A DNA stretch of 64,000 nt from Capsulimonadaceae bacterium (GCA_965215505.1 OZ244065.1:1408001-1472000); one strand, 5' to 3'; shown: positions 48,968 to 57,263, numbered from the stretch's first letter. The notes: generated from the sequence alone by a model not told the origin. Program-made: numbers and translations.

Positions 48968-49624
48968 TCAATCAAACGGGATCGCGGGTGGCGGCAGGAG
49001 TGAGCCGGCGGCGCGGCAGGCGTCGAAGTAAGCCGTAACCTGTTCGCCCGTGGTCGCGGCATACTCGCCAGAGCCGGGGAACAGCTCGGGGGCCACGACG
49101 AGCGGCGCGGGGAACGACAGGGCCAGTGCGCCGAGCAGGCCGGTGACCAGCGCGCACTCCTGCTCCGTCGCAAAGGCCACCCGCACCAGGTGGGTCAGGT
49201 CGAGGCCATATTGGACCAGCACTTCCAGACTCGGGAAGCGGCCGGTGTCCGCATGACGCCGCAGCAGCGCCTCCTTCTCCGCCGGGTCCGTCACAGGCTG
49301 GCATGCGGCGCGCGGGCGCCAGGCTTTCGTGTTGTACGGGAGGAGCGCCACCTGGGGCAGCGCCAGGACGGCCCTGCGGTCAAAAAGCAGCAGCGCGTGC
49401 GGGTAGCCCCGCCGCAGCTTGTCCCGCAGCAGCGGCGTGTCGGGAGCCAGAGACAGATGCACCCAGTCCGCCAGGCCGAGCATCCGGTCGCGCCGCGCCG
49501 CCGTCGCGCGGGGCGTGATGCCGGACGCGGCGAGGACACTTTGGGCGTACAAGGCACCGTCCTGCACAATGTGCGGGATGTAATGCAGCGGCGTCGTGTG
49601 GTAAAGGAGCGGGCCGCCGTCCAT
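48968..49624 (-). CDS. DarT-like (DUF4433) ADP-ribosyltransferase-fold protein
   Basis: LYHTT..YIPHIVQDGALY, RR, WVHLSLAPDTPL, YN and LEVLV match the DarT pattern YHxT..I...G.L / YV.L.F....P / AE.LV. Confidence 0.68.
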   Translation of the reverse strand: MDGGPLLYHTTPLHYIPHIVQDGALYAQSVLAASGITPRATAARRDRMLGLADWVHLSLAPDTPLLRDKLRRGYPHALLLFDRRAVLALPQVALLPYNTKAWRPRAACQPVTDPAEKEALLRRHADTGRFPSLEVLVQYGLDLTHLVRVAFATEQECALVTGLLGALALSFPAPLVVAPELFPGSGEYAATTGEQVTAYFDACRAAGSLLPPPAIPFD

Positions 49625-49628
49625 GCCG

Positions 49629-51245
49629 TCAAGCCTCCCCGAGCATGCCGTCCTGTTCGCGGCGCGCGGCGGCGAAGGCGGCGACGCAGGCCGGGTCCCA
49701 CTGTATCCCCGCGCCTTCCTCCAGGATCTGGAGGGCACGGGGGACATCCATCCCCTTGCGGTAGGGCCGGTCCGTGGTCATGGCGGAGAAGGCATCGGCC
49801 ACGGCCATGATCCGGGCCGGGAGGGGCGTCTGGTCCCCCGCCAGCCCGAAGGGGTAGCCCAGCCCGTCCCAGCGCTCGTGGTGGTGGCGGACGGCGTCCA
49901 GGGCCGCCTCGAATCCCGGCACGGCCCCGACGATGATCGCCCCCATCATCGGGTGCTGTTTGATCGCCTCAAACTCTTCTTCCGTCAGCCTCCCTGGCTT
50001 CCGCAGGATGTGGTCGGGGACGCCGATCTTGCCCACGTCGTGCAGCAGGGCGGCCAGGAGCATTTCCCCCTGCTCCTTCCCCCCCAGGCCCATCTCCTGG
50101 GCGATCTGGAGGCTGTAGGCCATGACGTCTTCGGAATGACGGCGCGTGTAGCGGTCCTTGGCGTCCACCGCCGTCACCAGCGCGTTCAGCATTGAGAGGT
50201 CAGCCGGGGCGCACGGGAGCAGTGCGCGCAGCCGGTCGGTCAGGTCCCCGCGCCCGGTCCCGCCGGTCTTGACGCGGGCAAGCCGCGCGTCCGCCGCCGC
50301 CAGGGCGTCCAGCCGCTTGGGGCCGTCGTCGGGGAACACGGCGATGCCGATGGAGAGGGTCAGCGGGATGACCGCGTCGTAGCCGTCAGGCCTATAGCCC
50401 GTCCCGGCGAGACTCGCCACCAGGCGGTCCGCCAGCCGCACCGCCCCCTCGGCCCCCAAGCCCGGCAGCAGCAGGGCGAACTCGTCGCCGCCATAGCGGG
50501 CCAGAGTGTCGCCCGGCCGGCAGGCGGCGCTCAAAGCCTGGCCGACCTGCCGCAGAAGGTCGTCGCCCACGGAATGGCCGTAGCCGTCGTTGAAGAACCG
50601 GAAGTTATCCAGGTCCATCATGGCAATGGCGAGCGGCAGCCCGCTCCGGCGGGCCGCCTCGGCCTCCTGCTCCAGACGCTTGTGGAATGCCCGGTGGTTC
50701 AGCAGGCCCGTGAGCGGGTCCCGATCGGCCCGCTCGACGGCCTCGGTGAGCAGGCGCCTGGTCTGCGCCAGGAGCAGGTGGGTGTGGTCAATCGGGGCGG
50801 CGTCACGCAGCGTGACGAGCCAGAGCGGGGGGGTGTGGGAAGGAGGGGAGACGGGCAGCGGGCTGATGTCGAGCAGGACGAGGAGGGGCCGGCCAGCGCA
50901 TTCGCCGGCCAGCGCCTCGCCTCGCACCGGCAGCCCGGCCGCAAGGCAGGAGCGCACGCGCTCTGCCAGTGCAGGCTGGGTCAGCGCGTCCCGGAAAGCA
51001 TCCAGCGCCTGGGCGAGTGTCCGGCCGCAGGCGGGATCGCAGAGGCCCATCCGCAGGCAGGCAGGGTTGGCGTAGACGATACGCAGGGCACCGAACTCGG
51101 GGGCGGACGCCTCGACCACCAGCGTCGCGTCCCGTGCCTGACTCAGCAGCGTTTCCAGCAGGCCCGCCTGCGCGTCGGGGCCGCCGGGGATGCCAATCGC
51201 CGGGGGAGTGCGCGCAGTCGTCTCGGGTGTGGCACCGCTGAACAT
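49629..51245 (-). CDS. PAS-like + GGDEF + HD-GYP c-di-GMP metabolising protein
   Basis: DPLTGL, DLDNFRFFND.YGH, RxxD I-site, GGDEF, LHDVGK, HHERWDGLGYP. Confidence 0.93.
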   Translation of the reverse strand: MFSGATPETTARTPPAIGIPGGPDAQAGLLETLLSQARDATLVVEASAPEFGALRIVYANPACLRMGLCDPACGRTLAQALDAFRDALTQPALAERVRSCLAAGLPVRGEALAGECAGRPLLVLLDISPLPVSPPSHTPPLWLVTLRDAAPIDHTHLLLAQTRRLLTEAVERADRDPLTGLLNHRAFHKRLEQEAEAARRSGLPLAIAMMDLDNFRFFNDGYGHSVGDDLLRQVGQALSAACRPGDTLARYGGDEFALLLPGLGAEGAVRLADRLVASLAGTGYRPDGYDAVIPLTLSIGIAVFPDDGPKRLDALAAADARLARVKTGGTGRGDLTDRLRALLPCAPADLSMLNALVTAVDAKDRYTRRHSEDVMAYSLQIAQEMGLGGKEQGEMLLAALLHDVGKIGVPDHILRKPGRLTEEEFEAIKQHPMMGAIIVGAVPGFEAALDAVRHHHERWDGLGYPFGLAGDQTPLPARIMAVADAFSAMTTDRPYRKGMDVPRALQILEEGAGIQWDPACVAAFAAARREQDGMLGEA

Positions 51246-51389
51246 GGATTAGCCCCAACATCAGGCCGTCAAAGTCTTGCGTGTCCAGCAAGACACGGGC
51301 GCCTGGGCCGAACAAGAACGCCACTGCCATTGTCGGCTGTTACGGCGCAATACTTCAGCCCCGGCGCAGAACGCCGGGGCGGCTCACCG

Positions 51390-53000
51390 TCACCAGCCGC
51401 CCTTCTTGGCCCGCTCCGGCAGCGGGTGCGCTTCCAAGTACTCGTCGTAGGTGCCGCGGAAGTCCAGCAGGCCATCTTCCGTGAACGACAGGATGCGCGT
51501 CGCCATCTCGGAGATCAGGTCCCGGTCGTGCGAAACGACGAAGGCCGTCCCGGCGAACTGCGACAGCCCTTCGGCCAGTGCCGAGACCGCCTCCAGATCG
51601 AGGTGGTTGGTCGGCTCGTCAAAGATCAACACCGGACTCTTCTCCAGCATCAGCTTCGCCATCAGCAGCCGAGCCGCCTCGCCCCCGGATAGCGCCTCGG
51701 TCAGCTTCAGACTCTCGTCGCCCTTAAACAACATCTGGCCGAGCAGGCCGCGCACGAACTGCTGCCCCTGGTTCTCCTCGTCAAAGCCCATCACCCAATC
51801 CAGGGCAAGGACGCCCGAAGGGATGCCGCTGCGGTAGTCCTGCGGGTAGTAGCCCCAGGTCATGCCCGTCCCCCACTTGACCGTGCCGGCGTCCGGCATC
51901 AGGTCCCCGACCAGGCAGCGGATGAGCGTCGTCTTGCCCACGCCGTTCGGGCCGATAATTGCCACTTTCTCGCCCCGCGAAACCTCAAAACTAATGTCCT
52001 TTAGAACGCACTGCCCGTCGAACGACTTGGACAGCCCCGCGACAGTGACGACCTCGCGGCCCGACGGCTTCCGCTGCTCGAACCGGATGTAGGGGCGCGA
52101 GATGTTGGACTTCTTCATCTCGGTCGGCGCGAGCCGGGCCATCTCCTTGCGGCGCGACTGCACCTGGGACGACCGCTGGCCGGCCGCGAAGCGGTTAACG
52201 AACTCCTGGAGTTGGGCGATCTTCTTGCCCTTGTCCTTGTTGTCGTTCTCGATCCTTTGCCGCGCCTGCATCTTGTGTTCCACCATGTCGTCGTAGGAGC
52301 CGGGGTAGTTGATGATGGTGTCGTAATCAATGTCGGCGATGTGGGTGCAGACCGCATTCAGAAAGTGCCGGTCGTGCGAGATGACGATCAAGGTGCCTTT
52401 ATAATCCAGCAGGAATTCTTCCAGCCAGTGGATCGTCTCCAGGTCCATGTAGTTGGTCGGCTCATCCAGCAGCAGGGCGTCGGACCCGCCGAACAGGGCC
52501 TGGGCCAGCAGGACGCGGAACTTGTAGTCGTTGGGCAGGCTCGCCATCAGGTCGGAATGCTTGTCATCGGGGATGCCGATGCCGCGCAGCATCTCGGCTG
52601 CCTCCATCTCGGCCTCGTAGCCGTTCTCATCCGCGATCATCGTTTCCAGGTCCCCCAGACGCTCCATCATGGCGTCGGTGAACTCCTCCGCCTCGCAGAG
52701 CGCGTTGCGCTCCTTCAAGGCGTTCCAGAGGGTCGGGTTGCCCATCATGACCGTGTCGATGATGCGCTCGCCGTCGAAGGCGTTCTGGTTCTGGCTCAGG
52801 ACGCCGACCTTGCGCGGGCGGCTGACCGTCCCCCGGTTGGTCGGGTCAATCTCGCCGGTCAGGATTTTCATGAATGTGGACTTGCCCGCCCCGTTGGGGC
52901 CGGTCAGGCCGTAACGGTTGCCGGGCGTGAATTTGACGGAAACCTGGTCGAAAAGGGTGCGCGTTCCGTATGACTTGGAAACGTCCTGGACGGTGATCAT
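51390..53000 (-). CDS. ABC-F family ATPase (YbiT-like)
   Basis: Two ABC domains (GPNGAGKS, LLDEPTN; GPNGVGKT, LSGGE, FDEPTN); no TM segments. Confidence 0.93.
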   Translation of the reverse strand: MITVQDVSKSYGTRTLFDQVSVKFTPGNRYGLTGPNGAGKSTFMKILTGEIDPTNRGTVSRPRKVGVLSQNQNAFDGERIIDTVMMGNPTLWNALKERNALCEAEEFTDAMMERLGDLETMIADENGYEAEMEAAEMLRGIGIPDDKHSDLMASLPNDYKFRVLLAQALFGGSDALLLDEPTNYMDLETIHWLEEFLLDYKGTLIVISHDRHFLNAVCTHIADIDYDTIINYPGSYDDMVEHKMQARQRIENDNKDKGKKIAQLQEFVNRFAAGQRSSQVQSRRKEMARLAPTEMKKSNISRPYIRFEQRKPSGREVVTVAGLSKSFDGQCVLKDISFEVSRGEKVAIIGPNGVGKTTLIRCLVGDLMPDAGTVKWGTGMTWGYYPQDYRSGIPSGVLALDWVMGFDEENQGQQFVRGLLGQMLFKGDESLKLTEALSGGEAARLLMAKLMLEKSPVLIFDEPTNHLDLEAVSALAEGLSQFAGTAFVVSHDRDLISEMATRILSFTEDGLLDFRGTYDEYLEAHPLPERAKKGGW

Positions 53001-53081
53001 GACAATATATTCCCTGTAAAACGTACTTGGTGAGTTCGCGTTGATTATACCCCAGCTTTTTCGCGGCAGCGGGGCGGACTC

Positions 53082-53096
53082 GTGTTATAATAACAC
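53082..53096 (+). promoter_or_regulatory. Extended -10 promoter embedded in a 7-1-7 palindrome
   Basis: GTGTTAT-A-ATAACAC containing TGnTATAAT (53083-53091). Confidence 0.6.
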
Positions 53097-53109
53097 CGAG
53101 GCGACAAAG

Positions 53110-54393
53110 ATGGTTTCTTCGGTCATGGAAGCGGATGAAGTGGACTCAGGCGGGGACGGTGTGGCGGCGGCGGCCTACCGGCTGACTAGCGACGGCGCGC
53201 TCCTGCGGGCGTATCCCTGGCAGGCAAGCCTCTACGAGAGGCTGTCCGACCCGGCGGGCGAACTGGGAGGCCTTTTGCCCGCCCCCACCGGCGCGGGCAA
53301 GGTCGAGGCGGTCGTCATCCCGGCCCTGGGCCTGCATCGGGGCGGCGCACCGCGCCGCCTGTTCCTGATCGGGCCGGACGGCTCGCCCCTGGACGATTAT
53401 CTGTACCGACTCGTGCCGTACCTGAAGGCGTTCGTCCAGGCCGACGAGACGCCCCGGACGGTGTGCCTTGACCTGAACGAAGATGAGGCGCAGGGGAACG
53501 AGTGCCGCCGCTTCTTCCCCGACGGGTCGGAGGACCCGCACGTCGTCACCAATCCCCTGGAAACCGACGTGGACCTGATCCTGACCACGTTCTCGCGGTT
53601 CGGGGAACTGTTCTTCGGCAGCGGCGGCGTCCACGCCCTGCCCACCGCCCTCCTCGGCCCCCAGGAGGACCAGCCGCGCCGCGACCTATTCTTCTTCGAC
53701 GAGGCGCACGGCTACGGCGACGCCTTCGCCCGCTTCCACCGGCTGGTCGAGTTCCTGTTCGCGCAGGATTTAGACGTCCTGGTCGCCACCAGCACCATGC
53801 CGGCCGCCCTCCGGGAAGAACTCGGCTTCCTGGACCTCCTGCCCGGCGGCGACGGCCGCCCCGCGCCCGTCCGCACCCTCGCGTACAAATCTTCTTCGGA
53901 CCCGCTGGCCCTCATCGAGTCCGAGATCCGCCGCGCCTACTACCAGAACTCGCGCGTCTTCGGCGTCTTCGAGACGCCCGAGGACGCCGAAACCCTGCTC
54001 GCCCGCCTCGCCCCCGCCTACCCGCACTCCGTCTACGCCTACCACCCGAGCCAGCCCGCCGAGACGCGCCGCCGCACCTACGCCCAGCTCCGCGAACTCG
54101 AAAAGGAGGGCGAGGGCTACCTGCTGCTGACGACCGGGGCGGCACTGGAGTCGAGCGACCTGGACGCCACGGTCCTGCTGTCCACCCTCTGCCCCCCCGA
54201 GAACCTGATCCGCCGCGCGGGCCGCGTCAACCGCCGGGGCGACCTCCCCTCCGCCCAGATCGTCCTCGTCGGCGACGACTTCGCGCCCGATTCGCGCCCC
54301 CTGGACCCCTCCCAGGCCGCCGACTACCTCAGCGCCCTGCGCGCCCAGGCCGAACTGCCCTTCGACGCCGAGTTCTGGAAGGCGTTCATCTAA
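53110..54393 (+). CDS. Divergent Cas3'-like SF2 helicase (no HD domain)
   Basis: YPWQ, PTGAGK, FFDEAH, TSTMP, DLDA..L.S.LCPPENLIRRAGRVNRRG (Cas3-type motif V-VI block). Confidence 0.75.
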   Translation: MVSSVMEADEVDSGGDGVAAAAYRLTSDGALLRAYPWQASLYERLSDPAGELGGLLPAPTGAGKVEAVVIPALGLHRGGAPRRLFLIGPDGSPLDDYLYRLVPYLKAFVQADETPRTVCLDLNEDEAQGNECRRFFPDGSEDPHVVTNPLETDVDLILTTFSRFGELFFGSGGVHALPTALLGPQEDQPRRDLFFFDEAHGYGDAFARFHRLVEFLFAQDLDVLVATSTMPAALREELGFLDLLPGGDGRPAPVRTLAYKSSSDPLALIESEIRRAYYQNSRVFGVFETPEDAETLLARLAPAYPHSVYAYHPSQPAETRRRTYAQLRELEKEGEGYLLLTTGAALESSDLDATVLLSTLCPPENLIRRAGRVNRRGDLPSAQIVLVGDDFAPDSRPLDPSQAADYLSALRAQAELPFDAEFWKAFI

Positions 54394-54398
54394 AACAC

Positions 54399-54827
54399 AT
54401 GGAAGACCTGATCTATCAGTCTGAAGTCCCTTACGACCTTGCCGCCGTGGAGGACGCCGCGCGCTCCTGCGGCTACGCCCCGCACCGCCACGAGGTCGCG
54501 GGCGTGGCATTCCTCGACATCGCCGTCACACCCCCGCCCTACCCGAAGACCTGGCAGTGGGTGAAGGCCAGCCGGGAAACCGTCAACACCCTCGTCCGCC
54601 GCGACCCCGAAGCGATGGTGCAGCACGCCTCCGGGACTGCCTACGTCGTTGACTTCCCCACCTCCACCCTGCCCGAACTCGCCGCATTCCTGAAACGCCT
54701 CCTGCTCGCCTACGGCGGCTGGGTCGGCCTGGAAGACGACGCGGCGGAAGACGAGCCGGTGGCCGTGTACAGCGCGGCGGACGTAGAAACGATAGTAGAA
54801 CACCCGCTGTTTGCTCTGGCCTCGTAG
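54399..54827 (+). CDS. Hypothetical protein
   Basis: ATG 5 nt after the helicase stop; 142 aa with host-like GC3 codon bias. Confidence 0.75.
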   Translation: MEDLIYQSEVPYDLAAVEDAARSCGYAPHRHEVAGVAFLDIAVTPPPYPKTWQWVKASRETVNTLVRRDPEAMVQHASGTAYVVDFPTSTLPELAAFLKRLLLAYGGWVGLEDDAAEDEPVAVYSAADVETIVEHPLFALAS

Positions 54828-54870
54828 ACCTCCCAGGGGCACTTGTCGGGGACGGCTAGGACACAGAGAA

Positions 54871-54948
54871 GAGGGCGGGGACAAGCCCCGCCCCTACACA
54901 GATGGCTTTCCATGGCGTCCCGTAGGGGTAGGGCTTGTCCCTACCCCC
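54871..54948. repeat. REP doublet, family B
   Basis: GAGGGCGGGGACAAGCCCCGCCCCTAC...GTAGGGGTAGGGCTTGTCCCTACCCCC; spacer shares GATGGCTT with the 43763 copy. Confidence 0.85.
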
Positions 54949-54955
54949 TTCTTCT

Positions 54956-55003
54956 GTCCCCTGGACAGGTCCGGCGACAGCGAGTGATTTCAATCACTCG
55001 TCC
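54956..55003. repeat. Single arm of family C element
   Basis: GTCCCCTGGAC-aggtccggcgac-AGCGAGTGATTTCAATCACTCGTCC matches 48858-48905. Confidence 0.82.
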
Positions 55004-55253
55004 TCGTCCCTCACGGCGGCTGCCTTCAGAGTTCGCTTCCCACATCCCTCACCAGCAGACCTATTCGCAGCGTGACGATGCCGCCGTCCGGGTGACGGAC
55101 GCGCATGGCATGACCGGCATGGGTCGGCGTGTCCGCGACGACCCATTCGCCGAAATCAGGATGGATCGCCAGGCCGCGCCCGACCTGCTCCGGCCATTGT
55201 ACCACACCCCCACATTCCGGGTATAAACGCCCTCAGAAAGAGAGAGTTTCTGA

Positions 55254-56255
55254 ATGCGTTTAGGGTTTGCGGTCAAAGTCATCGGGCACGGCGGGAACCT
55301 CGCCACGATTCCCGCCGAGGCGGGGATGCCGTCCAACGACGCGCGGCGGTGGCAGAGCGGGCCGCATGTGCGTCAATCCATCGAGTACGTCCGGGAGATC
55401 TTCCACTATCTGCACAAGGCGGACATCCACATGTACCGGATGTCCTCGGACTTCGCCCCCTACCTCACCCACCCGGACATGCCGCAGTTCCACAACCAGT
55501 TAGAGGAGGCGAAGGACGAGCTGGCCGACCTCGGGGCGCTGGCGCGCGACTACGACATCCGCCTCAGCCTGCACCCGTCGCAATACATCCTGCTCAACGC
55601 CCAGGACGACGAGGTGGCCCGCAAGAGCATCGTGGACCTGAACGCGCAGGCGAAGCTGCTGGACGCGATGGGCTGCGGGCCGGAGGCCGTCGTCGTCACC
55701 CATGTCGGCGGGGTCTACGGCGAGCGCGAGGAGAGCCTGGCGCGCTTCATCCGGCGCTACAAAGAGCTGCCCGAGGAGACGAAGCGGCGGCTCGTCGTGG
55801 AGAACGACGACGTTTCTTACGCCGTCACGGACACCCTGCGCGTCCACGAGGCGACCGGCTGCCCACTCGTCTTCGACAACCTGCACCACTTCTGCTTTAA
55901 CCCGGAGGGCCTGCCGATGCGCGACGCGCTGGCATCGGCCCTGGCGACATGGCCCGAGGGCGTCACCCCGAAGATCCATTATTCGTCGCCCTCCACCGAC
56001 TTTGAAACCAGCGTGGAGAAGGAGAAGGGCGCGACCGGGCGCGACCGGACCGTCACAAAGCTGCACTCGCCCAGGCTCAAGGCGCACGCGGACTTCATCA
56101 ACCCGATGGAGTTCGTTCAGTTCTGGGAGGCGGTTGGGGCGGACGGCCTGCGACCCTTCGACATCATGCTGGAGGCGAAGGCGAAAGACGTGGCCCTCCT
56201 GCGCCTGCGGCGGGAACTCGCGCGCCAGAAAGAGCGTCCTATCAACGCCGGATGA
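55254..56255 (+). CDS. uvsE: UV DNA damage endonuclease
   Basis: MRLGF, YRMSSD, RLSLHPSQY, HVGG.YG, LVVENDD, VFDNLHH, PKIHYSS, AHAD, DIMLEAKAKD. Confidence 0.95.
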   Translation: MRLGFAVKVIGHGGNLATIPAEAGMPSNDARRWQSGPHVRQSIEYVREIFHYLHKADIHMYRMSSDFAPYLTHPDMPQFHNQLEEAKDELADLGALARDYDIRLSLHPSQYILLNAQDDEVARKSIVDLNAQAKLLDAMGCGPEAVVVTHVGGVYGEREESLARFIRRYKELPEETKRRLVVENDDVSYAVTDTLRVHEATGCPLVFDNLHHFCFNPEGLPMRDALASALATWPEGVTPKIHYSSPSTDFETSVEKEKGATGRDRTVTKLHSPRLKAHADFINPMEFVQFWEAVGADGLRPFDIMLEAKAKDVALLRLRRELARQKERPINAG

Positions 56256-56435
56256 CGGGCGAAGAAAAAATTACAGGCGGCGGCGGAAGACGCCATAATG
56301 TGTTATAATAGCGGTGTACATCATGCATACGAGATGCCTCCAAACAGCCCCGCACGGTCTTCGCTTATCATTCCCGCCGGTGCGCCCCGTCTCCGTTGGC
56401 ACGGGCACCGGCAATACTACCGGGAGGTGGACACT

Positions 56436-56801
56436 ATGAGTAACATGCGGACGTCGATCAAGTGCAACTGCGGCCAGCGCGTCATCGCCAAGGACGTGGT
56501 CCAGCACGGGTACTATCTGCGCCTCTTCGGTCCGAGCTTCGTCTACGTCAAGTTCCGCTGCTCGCGCTGCAAGAAGCTCGGCGAGCAGTTCATCAAGCAG
56601 GAGGAATGGGAAGAGGGCATCCTCAAGGACACCGCCGTGGAGGTTTCGCACGGCGAGAGCGAGCAGTTCATCGTTCAAGGCCCGATTGACATCAACGAAG
56701 TCATCAATTTCCACTTTGAACTGGAGAAGATGCCCGATCTGAAATCATTGGGGGCGCCGCTGCCGCCCAAGAAGCAGAAGTCCCGTTCCACGCCGCACTA
56801 G
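56436..56801 (+). CDS. Zinc-ribbon hypothetical protein
   Basis: GGAGGTG RBS; CxCG ... RCSRCKK. Confidence 0.82.
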   Translation: MSNMRTSIKCNCGQRVIAKDVVQHGYYLRLFGPSFVYVKFRCSRCKKLGEQFIKQEEWEEGILKDTAVEVSHGESEQFIVQGPIDINEVINFHFELEKMPDLKSLGAPLPPKKQKSRSTPH

Positions 56802-56852
56802 CGGCCTTTTCCATCATCAGGTCTATTGTCAGGTCCATCGTCAGACATCTAC

Positions 56853-56887
56853 GCCGGAGCCGGGGGTTCGCCCCGCTCCGGCCTTTT
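56853..56887 (+). terminator. Rho-independent terminator
   Basis: GCCGGAGC..GGGG-ttcg-CCCC-GCTCCGGC-CTTTT. Confidence 0.7.
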
Positions 56888-56955
56888 CGTGTCATTAGGG
56901 GTACACCATGACGGGGGTATTGCAAAAAAGGCCCCGGAAAGCGTAAACTGTCTCC

Positions 56956-57252
56956 ATGGCTGATCAACTGACACTCGACGAAGTCTCCCGCGTCGCCTTC
57001 CTCGCCCGCCTGGAGCTTTCCGGGGACGAGAAAGCGCGGCTGACCACGGACCTGAACGGCATCCTGAGCCAGTTCGCCCGCTTGCAGGAACTGGACACCG
57101 AGGGCGTGCCACCGACCTCGCACTCGCTCCCCTTGCAGAACGTCTTCCGCGAAGACGAAGTGCGCCCCTCGTTGCCGCGCGAGGCGGCGACCGCGAACGC
57201 CCCCGAGAAGCGCGACGGCAACTTCATCGTGCCCCAGATCATGGAAGAGTAG
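56956..57252 (+). CDS. gatC: Asp/Glu-tRNA amidotransferase subunit C
   Basis: VAFLARLEL...[11 protein letters not shown]...NVFRED...NAP...FIVP; directly upstream of gatA. Confidence 0.95.
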   Translation: MADQLTLDEVSRVAFLARLELSGDEKARLTTDLNGILSQFARLQELDTEGVPPTSHSLPLQNVFREDEVRPSLPREAATANAPEKRDGNFIVPQIMEE

Positions 57253-57263
57253 GAAAGATCAGC

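Noticed and set aside
53502-54398. 441-aa ORF suggesting a frameshift fusion of the helicase with the downstream gene
   Set aside because: The upstream part is Pro/Arg-rich off-frame sequence; the helicase has a clean TAA and the next gene has its own ATG at 54399; no slippery site seen.
54831-55010. CRISPR array next to the Cas3'-like gene
   Set aside because: The repeats are inverted, belong to dispersed REP-like families, and show no regular repeat-spacer periodicity.
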